The notes under the pieces were generated by a model. It was not told where the DNA came from and searched no databases. It worked only from the letters and a program-made list of their open reading frames with translations. From Chrysemys picta bellii (taxonomy: Eukaryota), in contig NC_088802.1 of assembly GCF_011386835.1 (NCBI RefSeq), forward strand, positions 3,286,001-3,350,000: a DNA stretch of 64,000 nt. Direction: 5' to 3'. The translations under genes were made by a program, and so were the position numbers. Of this stretch, positions 11,180-22,500 are shown in pieces. Each line of letters opens with the position of its first letter. Positions within the stretch are counted from its first letter, which is position 1.

Positions 11180-14100
11180 ATGGAGCAGACCCAGCTGCTG
11201 GAGTGGGAGGAGGACGCGGACCCCCCCGGGGAGAGGCCGACGGGGAAGCGTCTCGGCCCTTGGGGCGGCTGCACCTGCTCAGCAGCAAATATGGGCCAGA
11301 GCAAGGTCAGTGGTGCTGGGCTGGGGCTGGCCCCACCTGTCCGAGCCACCCGCCCCTGGAGATTTCACCCGCTGTCCTGTGGGATGGTGGGGAGACACCG
11401 GTGGTCTGATGGCCCTCGATGGTGGTGTCCCGGTGCCAGGACTCCTGGGTTCTCTCCCCGGCTCTGGGAGGCTAGTGGTTAGGGGCGGCTGGAGCCAGGA
11501 CTCCTGGGTTCTCTCCCCAGCTCCGGGAGGGAGTGGACTCTACTGGCTCAGCCTGGGCATCAGGACTCCTGGGTTCTCTCCCCCCCAGATTTCTGGATCT
11601 ACCCCGGGGAGAACGTGGTGGGGCGGCTGCCGGAGCTGCCGGGTCTGCCTGCCGGCCCCCTCGGTCTCCAAGGCCCACGCAGTGATCGAGGTCCCGGCGC
11701 CAGGCGGGCCCCACCTGCTCTACGACCGGGGCAGCCTGAACCGGACCCGGCGCCAGCGCGGCGTCCTGCTGCCCCACGTCCGCTACAGCCTGGAGGATGG
11801 AGACACCCTCATGTTCGGGGACGTGGGCTGCCAGTACTTCCTGATGCCACCGGGGGGCGCCGACCCCGAGGACTCTCTGGAGGTGCCGCCCACCCAGCCC
11901 CGGGCTCCCAACACCCTGGCCATTGAGGAGACCCCCGTGCCCAGCAAGAGGATGGGCTACGGACCCCTGCTGGCCAGGGACTCTGAGGATGAGGAGGAGC
12001 TGCAGGGCAGAGGAAGGCTCCTGCACCTGCCAGGGAGCAATGGTGAGTGGGGATTGTGGGGATGGGCCTGTAATGTTATTGTAGACCCTACAATAACAAA
12101 CCAGCAACCCCACGCACATACTGTTGCTGGTTTGTGTTTTTGTTTGGGCTCCAGCTTCCACCTAAATTACATCCAGCTATTGCATTATTAGGGCAACCCC
12201 ATGATGTTATGGTAGGCCCTACAGTAACAAACCAGGCTTGGCACAAGTGGGGCTGGGGTGAGGCAGGGCTGCAGTGATTCTGTGTCTGGGCTCCTGTCCT
12301 CAAGTTCACACAGATCCCTGGTGTGAAGGGACCCTATGGTATTGTGGTAGACCCTACAATAACAAACCAGCCATGGCATGAGTGTAGGGGACTGGGCATG
12401 ATTCTGTGTCTGGGCTCCTCCCTCTTCCACAGTCTTGGCACTAGGGCAACCCTATAATATTATGGTAGGCCTACAATACCAAACTAGCCACGGTCTGCAC
12501 GCAGGGGTCTGGGAGTGAGTCTATATTTGGGTTCCCACTTCCACACAGATTAGGCACAGCCCTGGCAACACCTCCCTATGATATTATGGTAGGCCCTATA
12601 ATAACAAACCAGGCATGGCATGAGTGTGGGATTCAAAAGTTGAGGGGTTGGGGCTGAGTCTGTATGGACTCCCTCTTCCCGCAAGGTTACACACAATCGT
12701 GGCACTAGGGTACCTTATGATATTATTATAGACCCTACAATAACAGTAGCCACGTGGGGGCATGAGTCGGGTAGTGGGAGATTCTGTTGAGGCACTCTTC
12801 CCCTCCCCTGCCCCCATTCCCCCGGCTATATATACCCTACAATAACAAACCAGTGTTAGTGGGCGAGCGTTCCTGGGTTCTGTTCCTATGGAGTCAGGGC
12901 TAGTCTCTGGAGCAGGGGAGGGGGTTGGGAGTCAGGACTCCTGGTTTTGTTTGCCTCGTCTATCCCTCTGTACTACAGTAGACCCTACGATAACAAATTG
13001 GGGTTGGGAGGGATGAGGGTCGGGAATTTCATGTGTGGGTTACCCTCTGGTTACTGACAGCGCCAGGCACCCTACGATATTATGGTAGACCCTACGATAA
13101 CAAACCAGGAGGCAGGCTGTGCCCCCATTCTGCGGGTGGGGGAGACACAGGCCTAGATTCCACGTTAACACCCTGTGTCTGTCTTGTCCACCAGGCTCTG
13201 ACTCCTCTTCTGACACTGGCGTCCGTTCCGACGCAGCCGTCTCCTCCCCGGCGCAACCGTGGTGCCGGAAAGGTAGAGACGGGCCTAGCAGGGGGAGCCA
13301 CGACTCCGGCTGTGGGAGGGGAGCAGGGTCTAGTGGTTAGAGCGAGGCGGGATGTGCTGCAGGGAGCGGGGCAGGAGGCGCTCTCCTCTGGCAGTCAGTG
13401 CTGATCCCAGTGCAGCGCTGTGCTGGCAGGGGCTGGGTAGCGGGAGCAGTGCCCTGGGGCAGGCTCAGTAGGGGGTGCTGTGAGGCGGGAGGCTCAGAGG
13501 GGGTTGCTGGGTGGAGGACTCAGTAGAGGGTGCTGTACTGGGGCGCAGGGTGCTCGGTGGGGACCGCGGGGGGCTCGGTAGGGGGTGCTGCATGGCGGAA
13601 GTTCAGTGGGGGGACACTTGCGGGGCAAGGGCTCGGTAGGGAGCGCAGGGAGGGCTCGGTGGGGGGGTGCTGCGCTCAGGGGCGGGGGGGTTGGTAGGGA
13701 GCACAGGGGGCTCGGTATGGGGTGCTGTGGGGCGGGGGGTTCAGTGGGGGGTGCTGCTGGGGGATTGGGAGGGAGTCGGGGAGGGCTCAGTGCGGACGCT
13801 GTGCTCTGGGGCGGGGAGTTCAGTGGGGGGCGCTGCGGGGGGCTCGGTGGAAGTACGGTGCTGTGGGGCGGGGGTTCAGTGGTGGGAGCTGTGCTGGCAG
13901 GTGAGGGGCTCGGTAGGGGTTGCCGTGAGGGTCCCTGTCGGGGGTGCTGTGCTGAGGGCGGGGGGTTCGGTAGGGAGCACAGTGGGGGCTCAGAAGGGGG
14001 TGCTGTAGGGTGGGGGTTCAGTGGGAGCACTGCAGGGGGCTCGGGAGGGAGCGCTATACTGTGGGGCAGGAGGTTCAGTGGGGAGCACAGGGGGGCTCAG

Positions 14101-17100
14101 AAGGGGGTGCTGTTCTGAGGGGCGGGGGACTCAGTAGTGCTGACTCGGTAGGTTCCGGTGGGTTCTGACCCCCCGCTGTTCTCTGCCTCCCAGCGACGAG
14201 GAAGGTAGTGAGATCCCTGATGCCCTCTGCCCCTCCCTGCGCCTGAGCTACGGCAGCGAGCGGTCCCCCGGCCCGCCGGGAGAACGGAGTCGCTGCCCTG
14301 GGTACCGAGCAGCCCAGGGCCACGGGGGTGGTTGGGACGGACCCGGAGCCTGCGCTGGCCGCCTGCCACTTGGTCAAGGGGCCTGGCCACACGGGCATCG
14401 CCTTGGGCATGGGGCCGGGCAGCTGTCAGGGGCCTGGGGAACGGTTGCCCTGCTGCGGTGGGCAGCGTTACAGATGTGGAGGAGGAGGTACAGCATCCAG
14501 ATGTTGTGCAGAAGAACCATGGACCTGCTCTCTTGGGGACAGCGATACAGATGAGGAGGAGGCTATGGAGAATCTAGATGTTGTGGATCCAAAGTGCCAC
14601 CCACCTGCCATTGAGATGGGCAGTGATACAGATGTGGAGGAGGAAGCAGCACAGAATCCAGATGTGCATCCAAAGGACCATCAGCTTGCTGGAAATGGGG
14701 ACAGCGATACAGATGTGGAGGCACCACTGGAGAATCCAGATGTACTGCAAGGAATGAAGAGCCAGTCTGCTGCCCCTGGGGACAGCGATACAGATGTGGA
14801 GGGGGGTTGGTGTGAATCCAGATGTGGGTCCAAAGAGCCATCAGCCCAGCGTTGAGGTGGACAGTGATACAGATGTGGAGGAGGAGGCAGCAAATAATCT
14901 AGATGTGCAGAAGAACCATCAACATACTGTCCCTAGGGGGCAGAGAGACAGATGTGGAGAATCCAGATGATGTGCATCCTGAGAGCCATCACTCTGCCAA
15001 AAATGGGGAGAGCGATACAGATGTGGAGGAGGTTGCAGAGAATCCAGATGTTGTACAGAAGAGCCATCAGCCCGCCATTGAGGTGGGCAGTGATACAGAT
15101 GTGGAGGAGGAGAAAACAGAGACTCCAGTGGTTGTACAGAGCAACCATCAACTTGTTTCCCCAGGGGGCGGAGATGCAGATGTGGTACGGGTGGTAGGAA
15201 AACCAGATGTGCGACAAACGAACAATGAGCTTGCTGCCCCTGGGGACAGTGATACAGATGTGGAGGAATCTGATAAAAATCCAGATGTTGTCACTGCAAA
15301 GAGCCATCCCCTTGCTGTTGATGTGGGCAGTGATACAGATGTGGAGGAAGAGGAGGCAAAGAATCCAGATGTTGTAACGAAGCATCAACATGCTCTCCCT
15401 GGAGACAGAGATACAGATGTGATGGGGACAATGGGGAAACCAGATGTGCATCCTACGGGCCATCGGCCTGCAGAAAATGAGGACAGCGATACAGATGTGG
15501 AGGACTCTGTGGGGAATCCAGATGTTGTACAGAGGAGCCATCAGCCCACCGTGGAGGCAGGTGACGATACAGATGTGGAGGAGGCTGAGGAGAAATCAGA
15601 TGTTGGACGACAAAGCGACCCTTTGCCTGTTGCCACTGGGGACAGCGATACAGATGTGGAGGAGAATCCAGATGTTGGCCAACAGACGCTCCACTTGCCT
15701 ACAGCCAGTGGAGACAGCGACACAGATGTCGAGGGGGCTCCCGGGGTAGAGTTCGAGCAGGAGCCAGGTCCTGTGGGGGGGCCCAGCCCAGGCGGGTGGG
15801 GAGGAGCCACCTGCTCCCCAGTCCCATGTCAGCCCAGAGACCAAGTTGATGGACACGAGGGGAACAAGGAGCCAGTGTGGGGCCCAACCCAGCTTGGAGA
15901 CGACAGCGAGACGGATGTGGAGGGTAAATCTGGGGGAGACAGGCCCTGCGCTGTTGTCCCGGACGCCTGGGTCCCGTTCCCTGCCCCGGTGTCCGGCTTC
16001 CTAGGGGTGAGCACCCTGCACTGCCATCCCGGATGCCTGGGTCCCGTTCCCTGCCCCGGTGTCCGGCTTCCTAGGGGTGAGTGCCCTGCACTGCCATCCC
16101 GGATGCCTGGGTCCCGTTCCCTGCCCCGGTGTCCGGCTTCCTAGGGGTGAGTGCCCTGCACTGCCATCCCGGATGCCTGGGTCCCGTTCCCTGCCCCATT
16201 GTCCGGATCCCTGTGGGTGAGCGCCCTGCCCTGCATGCTGGGATGGGATCAGGCGCACCGGTTTCACTGGAGTCTCCGCTCTCCTTCCCCTTCCCAGATG
16301 ACGCTGATTTTGCCCTGCAGGCCACGCAGTGCTACCTGTTGAGGAGACCCCGTCCTCGGGGGCCGAGGCCGCCAGAACCCCCGCGGCAGCAGGTGGGACT
16401 CCTGGGTTCCATCTCTGGCTCTGGGAGGGGGGAGTGGGGTCTAACGGTTAGATCTGGAGGGGGGAGCCAGGACTCCTGGGTTCTGTATCTAGCTCCATCT
16501 TGGTTGTGTGATCTCTGGCATGTCCCTTCCCCTTTCTGTGCCTCAGTTTCCCTCCATGACCTAGAGTTAGTCCCTCCCTCTGGGCAGGCGATCTGTGGGG
16601 TTGTGTGGCCGTGAGCGAAGAGATCGGGTGGCGGGGAAGCTGTGAGGATCCTGGTAATTCCTCTTTCCACAGATTCGGGGAGCGGCCTAGAGGAGGAAGC
16701 CACCCAGACGTTTGTCTTCAGATCGCCCCTGCCTGCAAAAGGTGAGTTGGGGGGAAATCCAGCCCCCATGATCACAGCCCCCCTCGGTGTCTCCTCCCGG
16801 GGGTGGCTCCCTCTGGTGGCCCTACTGGGCTGAGAACTCACCAATGTATGTATTGGTCACCAGAGGGGCAGAGTTAGTGACCCCCCCCGGGGGTGGGGCC
16901 TCAGACGGGGTGGAGTCAGTGACCCTTGGGGGCGGGGCCTCAGGCAGTCACCCTTCCCCACCAATTCCTGCTGTCACTCTGATCCCTTCGCAGGGTCCGT
17001 GATGTCGCCCCCTGCTGGCCCAGCCCTGCACCCTCCAGGTGAGCACAACGGGCCCCTCGCTGGGGTTGCGGCGCTCAGGGAACGGGGGCTTGGGGGGGGC

Positions 17101-18329
17101 AGAGAGGAGACCTGTCTAGAGCCGCCATCTTGGATTTCACGGTGGGGTGGTGGAGGAGGGGTTGCTAAGGATTCTGGGAAGCGCGAGAGCTGCCGCCCTG
17201 ACTGGTCTCCCCACCTCCGTGCCAAACTGGGCTGAGCCACCCAGTGCTGACTGGAGTGATTAGAGCAGGGGGCTGGGAGCCAGGACTCCTGGGTTCTCTC
17301 CCCGGCTCTGGGAGGGGAGTGTGGTCTAGTGGTTAGAGCGGGGGGGGCTGGGAGCCAGGGACTCCTGGGTTCTATCCTCATCTTCTTCCCCTCTCTCCTC
17401 CCCGCCCTCAGTCTGCACCTCTTCAGAGAAGGAGGAGGACTCGGACGAGGATCTGTACGTTGTGGAGGCGACTCAGTCGTTCTGCGAGGACCCCGGGCTC
17501 CACTCGGACCAGCCCACCCAGCCCTTCATCCCCCGAGGAGGACACCCAGCTGCTGCCCCGCCCCCCGCCACCAGGGGGAGCCCTGTCTCAGCCCGCAGTA
17601 CCCACCCCGGCCTCTGAGGGGCTGCTGCTTGGCACCCAGGACCCCGCAGTTGCTCCCCTCAGCCCCAAGGAGGAGTCAGAGCCCCCTGGCGGGGCACTGC
17701 CAGCAGGGGGCGCCGGGAGGGAGCCGCCGGAGGAGGAGGAATCCCAGCCCGTGCGCCTAGTGCTGAGCGCTCCCCGCAGGCCAGCCCTGCGCTGCAGGGC
17801 GAGGGCGGGCGGGCAGGAGCGGAGCCCGGGGGCAGCAGCTCTGGGCAGCGCCTGAGAGGGCAGGGTGAGTGTGTGACACGCCTGGGGCGACATGCCCCGT
17901 GCTGTGTGTGTGCGACATGTCCAGTGCGACCGTGCTCTCTGTGTGTGGATGTGTGTGTGACACACCTGGAGCAGTGGTGCTGTGTGTGTGACACTGTGTG
18001 TGTGCAAGTGACACCTTGTGCGAGGAGGGGGGTGTTGCTGGCAGTCACATGATGTGTCTTGGCAGGCAGCGACTTCTAGTGGCAATGAAGGGAATTGCAG
18101 TAGCTGACTGGAATTAATTCACCCTCTTCTCCAGGTGGCCCGGAGGCTGCGGAGAGACGGGCGACCCCAGTGGCTGTCGAGGTCACGGGGGCTGGGCCCC
18201 ACCCCGCGGGGGCACGGCCCTGAGGATGCTGGGAAGGTGAGCAGGGGCTGGCGCCCACTCTTCAGAGCCGGGGACAGAACCCAGGAATCCTGGATCCCAG
18301 CCCCCCAATCTCTTTCTCTCTTCCCCCCC

Positions 18330-18365
<36 letters not shown>

Positions 18366-18426
18366 AGGTCCCAGAGGCTCATCCCAGTCCCTCCACCTCT
18401 GTGAGGCGCCGAAGCCTGCGATCTGC
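11180..18426 (+). pseudogene. MDC1: Frameshifted 5' copy of MDC1 (probable false/haplotypic assembly duplication)
   Basis: Near-identical to 19580-27447 but with many 1-2 nt indels in G/C runs (~11230, ~11632, ~13250, ~14280, ~14420, ~14801, ~14940, ~15780). Stops exactly at the N gap and lacks the BRCT exons. Confidence 0.8.
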
Positions 18427-18926
18427 NNNNNNNNNNNNNNNNNNNNNNNNNNNNNNNNNNNNNNNNNNNNNNNNNNNNNNNNNNNNNNNNNNNNNNNNNN
18501 NNNNNNNNNNNNNNNNNNNNNNNNNNNNNNNNNNNNNNNNNNNNNNNNNNNNNNNNNNNNNNNNNNNNNNNNNNNNNNNNNNNNNNNNNNNNNNNNNNNN
18601 NNNNNNNNNNNNNNNNNNNNNNNNNNNNNNNNNNNNNNNNNNNNNNNNNNNNNNNNNNNNNNNNNNNNNNNNNNNNNNNNNNNNNNNNNNNNNNNNNNNN
18701 NNNNNNNNNNNNNNNNNNNNNNNNNNNNNNNNNNNNNNNNNNNNNNNNNNNNNNNNNNNNNNNNNNNNNNNNNNNNNNNNNNNNNNNNNNNNNNNNNNNN
18801 NNNNNNNNNNNNNNNNNNNNNNNNNNNNNNNNNNNNNNNNNNNNNNNNNNNNNNNNNNNNNNNNNNNNNNNNNNNNNNNNNNNNNNNNNNNNNNNNNNNN
18901 NNNNNNNNNNNNNNNNNNNNNNNNNN
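18427..18926. other. Assembly gap (500 N)
   Basis: A run of exactly 500 N, consistent with a fixed-size scaffolding spacer. Confidence 0.99.
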
Positions 18927-19579
18927 GGGGGGGCGGATCTGACAGGGGTCGGGGGGAAATGGGGAGCACGGGGCTGACAGGGGGCGGGGCTGGGGAAGTG
19001 AGGGGGGCTGGGGTGGGCTGACGGGGCTGCGGGTCGGGAGTGAGGGGCACTGGGGGCGGGGCTGACAGGGGAGTGAGGGGGCGGGGCTGGGGGGCAGTGA
19101 GGGGCGGGGGGAGTGGGGTGCAGTGGGAGGGAAGGGAGGGGGGAGTGAGGGGGCGGGGCTGGGAGAGTGAGGGGCAGTGGGGGGGAAGGGAGGGCGGGGA
19201 GTGAGGGGCAGTGGGGGCGGGGCTGACAGGGAGTGAGGGGGCGGGGCTGGGGGGCAGTGAGGGGAGGGGCAGTGGGGCGGAAGGGAGAGGGGGGAGTGAG
19301 GGGCAGTGGGGGCGGGGCTGACAGGGGAGTGAGGGGGCGGGGCTGGGGGGCAGTGAGGGGAGGGAGGAGTGAGGGGTAGTGGGGGGGAGGGGGGAGTGAG
19401 GGGCAGTGGGGGAAGGGAGGGGGGAGTGAGGGGCAGTGGGGGCGGGGCTGACAGGGGAGTGAGGGGGCGGGGCTGGGGGGCCGTGAGGGGAGGAAGGAGG
19501 GAGGGGTAGTGGGGGGGAGTGAGGGGCACTGGGGGTGGGTGTCCCCGTCACTCACCCTGTGACCGTTGCCCCACAGGCC

Positions 19580-22500
19580 ATGGAACAGACCCAGCTGCTG
19601 GAGTGGGAGGAGGACGCGGACCCCCCCGGGGGAGAGGCCGACGGGGAAGCGCCTCGGCCCGTGGGGCGGCTGCACCTGCTCAGCAGCAAATATGGGCCGG
19701 AGCAAGGTCAGTGGTGCTGGGCAGGGGGCTGGGGCCGGCCCGAGCCACCCGCCCCTGGAGATTTCACCCGCTGTCCTGTGGGATGGTGGGGAGACACCGG
19801 TGGTCTGATGGCCCTCGATGGTGGTGTCCCTGGGTTCTCTCCCTGGCTCTGGGAGGCTAGTGGTTGAGGGTGGTTGGAGCCAGGACTCCTGGGTTCTGTC
19901 CCCGGCTCCGGGAGGGGAGTGGACTCTACTGGCTCAGCCTGGGCATCAGGACTCCTGGGTTCTCTCCCCCCCAGATTTCTGGATCTACCCCGGGGAGAAC
20001 GTGGTGGGGCGGCTGCCGAGCTGCCGGGTCTGCCTGCCGGCCCCCTCGGTCTCCAAGGCCCACGCAGTGATCGAGGTCCCAGCGCCAGGCGGGCCCCACC
20101 TGCTCTACGACCGGGGCAGCCTGAACCGGACCCGGCGCCAGCGCGGTGTCCTGCTGCCCCACGTCCGCTACAGCCTGGAGGATGGAGACACCCTCATGTT
20201 TGGGGACGTGGGCTGCCAGTACTTCCTGCTGCCACCGGGGGGCGCCGACCCCGAGGACTCTCTGGAGGTGCCACCCACCCAGCCCCGGGCTCCCAACACC
20301 CTGGCCATTGAGGAGACCCCTGTGCCCAGCAAGAGGATGGGCTATGGGCCCCTGCTGGCCAGGGACTCTGAGGATGAGGAGGAGCTGCAGGGCAGAGGAA
20401 GGCTCCTGCACCTGCCAGGGAGCAATGGTGAGTGGGGATTGTGGGGATGGGCCTGTAATGTTATTGTAGACCCTACAATAACAAACCAGCAACCCCACGC
20501 ATATACTGTTGCTGGTTTGTGTTTTTGTTTGGGCTCCAGCTTCCACCTAAATTACATCCAGCTATTGCATTATTAGGGCAACCCCATGATGTTATGGTAG
20601 GCCCTACAGTAAGAAACCAGGCATGGCACAAGTGGGGCTGGGGTGAGGCAGGGCTGCCAGTGATTCTATGTCTGGGCTCCTGTCCTCAAGTTCACACAGA
20701 TCCCTGGTGTGAAGGGACCCTATGGTATTGTGGTAGACCCTACAATAACAAACCAGCCATGGCATGAGTGTGGGGGACTGGGCATGATTCTGTGTCTGGA
20801 CTCCTCCCTCTTCCACAGTCTTGGCACTAGGGCAACCCTATAATATTATGGTAGGCCCTACAATACCAAACTAGCCACGGTCTGCACGCAGGGGTCTGGG
20901 AGTGAGTCTATATTTGGGTTCCCACTTCCACACAGATTAGGCACAGCCCTGGCAACACCTCCCTATGATATTATGGTAGGCCCTATAATAACAAACCAGG
21001 CATGGCATGAGTGTGGGATTCAAAAGTTGAGGGGTTGGGACTGAGTCTGTATGGACTCCCTCTTCCCGCAAGGTTACACACAATCGTGGCACTAGGGTAC
21101 CTTATGATATTATTATAGACCCTACAATAACAGTAGCCACGTGGGGGCATGAGTTGGGTAGTGGGAGATTCTGTTGAGGCACTCTTCCCCTCCCCTGCCC
21201 CCACTCCCCTGGCTATATATACCCTACAATAACAAACCAGTGTTAGTGGGCGAGCGTTCCTGGGTTCTGTTCCTATGGAGTCAGGGCTAGTCACTGGAGC
21301 AGGGGAGGGGGTTGGGAGTCAGGACTCCTGGTTTTGTTTGCCTCGTCTATCCCTCTGTACTACAGTAGACCCTACGATAACAAATTGGGGTTGGGAGGGA
21401 TGAGGGTCGGGAATTCCATGTGTGGGCTACCCCTCTGGTTACTGACAGCGCCAGGCACCCTACGATATTATGGTAGACCCTACGATAACAAACCAGGAGG
21501 CAGGCTATGCCCCCATTCTGCGGGTGGGGGAGACACAGGCCTAGATTCCACGTTAACACCCTGTGTCCATCTTGTCCACCAGGCTCTGACTCCTCTTCTG
21601 ACACTGGCGTCCGTTCCGACGCAGCCGTCTCCTCCCCGGGCGCAACCGTGGTGCCGGAAAGGTAGAGACGGGCCTAGCAGGGGGAGCCACGACTCCGGCT
21701 CTGGGAGGGGAGCAGGGTCTAGTGGTTAGAGCGAGGCGGGATGTGCTGCAGGGAGCGGGGCAGGAGGCGCTCTCCTCCGGCAGTCAGTGCTGATCCCAGT
21801 GCAGCGCTGTGCTGCAGGGGCTGGGTAGCGGGAGCAGTGCCCTGGGGCGGGCTCAGTAGGGGGCGCTGTGCTGTGGGGCAGGGGGGTCAGTAGGGTGTGC
21901 TGTGAGGCGGGAGGCTCGGGGGGTTGCTGGGTGGAGGACTCAGTAGAGGGTGCTGTACTGGGGCGCAGGGTGCTCGGTAGGGACCGCGGGGGGCTCGGTA
22001 GGGGGTGCTGCATGGCGGAGGTTCAGTGGGGGGACACTTGCGGGGCGAGGGCTCGGTAGGGAGCGCAGGGAGGGCTCGGTGGAGGGGTGCTGCGCTCAAG
22101 GGGGGGGGGTTGGTAGGGAGCACAGGGGGCTCGGTATGAGGTGCTGTGGGGCGGGGGTTCAGTGGGGGGTGCTGCTGGGGGATTGGGGGGGTGCGTGGGG
22201 AGGACTCGGTGGGGGCGCTGTGCTCTGGGGCGGGGAGTTCAGTGGGGGGCGCTGCGGGGGGCTCGGTGGAAGTGCTGTGCTGTGGGGCAGGGGGTTGAGT
22301 GGGGGGAGCTGTGCTGGCAGGTGAGGGGCTCGGTAGGGGTTGCCGTGAGGGTCCCTGTCGGGGGTGCTGTGCTGAGGGGCGTGTAGTTCAGTAGGGAGCA
22401 CAGAGGGGCTCAGAAGGGGGTGCTGTGGGGTGGGGTTCAATGGGAGCACTGCAGGGGGCTCGGGAGAGAGCGCTATACTGTGGGGCAGGAGGTTCGGTGG

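Noticed and set aside
11180-18426. Functional MDC1 paralogue
   Set aside because: There are frameshifts from the first coding exon onward, no 3' exons, and the copy ends at the gap.
18119-19705. Long ORFs of 390-528 aa
   Set aside because: They read through the N gap and G-rich repeats.
20450-21500. Repeat-spacer pattern as a CRISPR array
   Set aside because: It lies in a vertebrate intron, the repeats are degenerate, the spacers are too long and partly related, and there are no cas genes.
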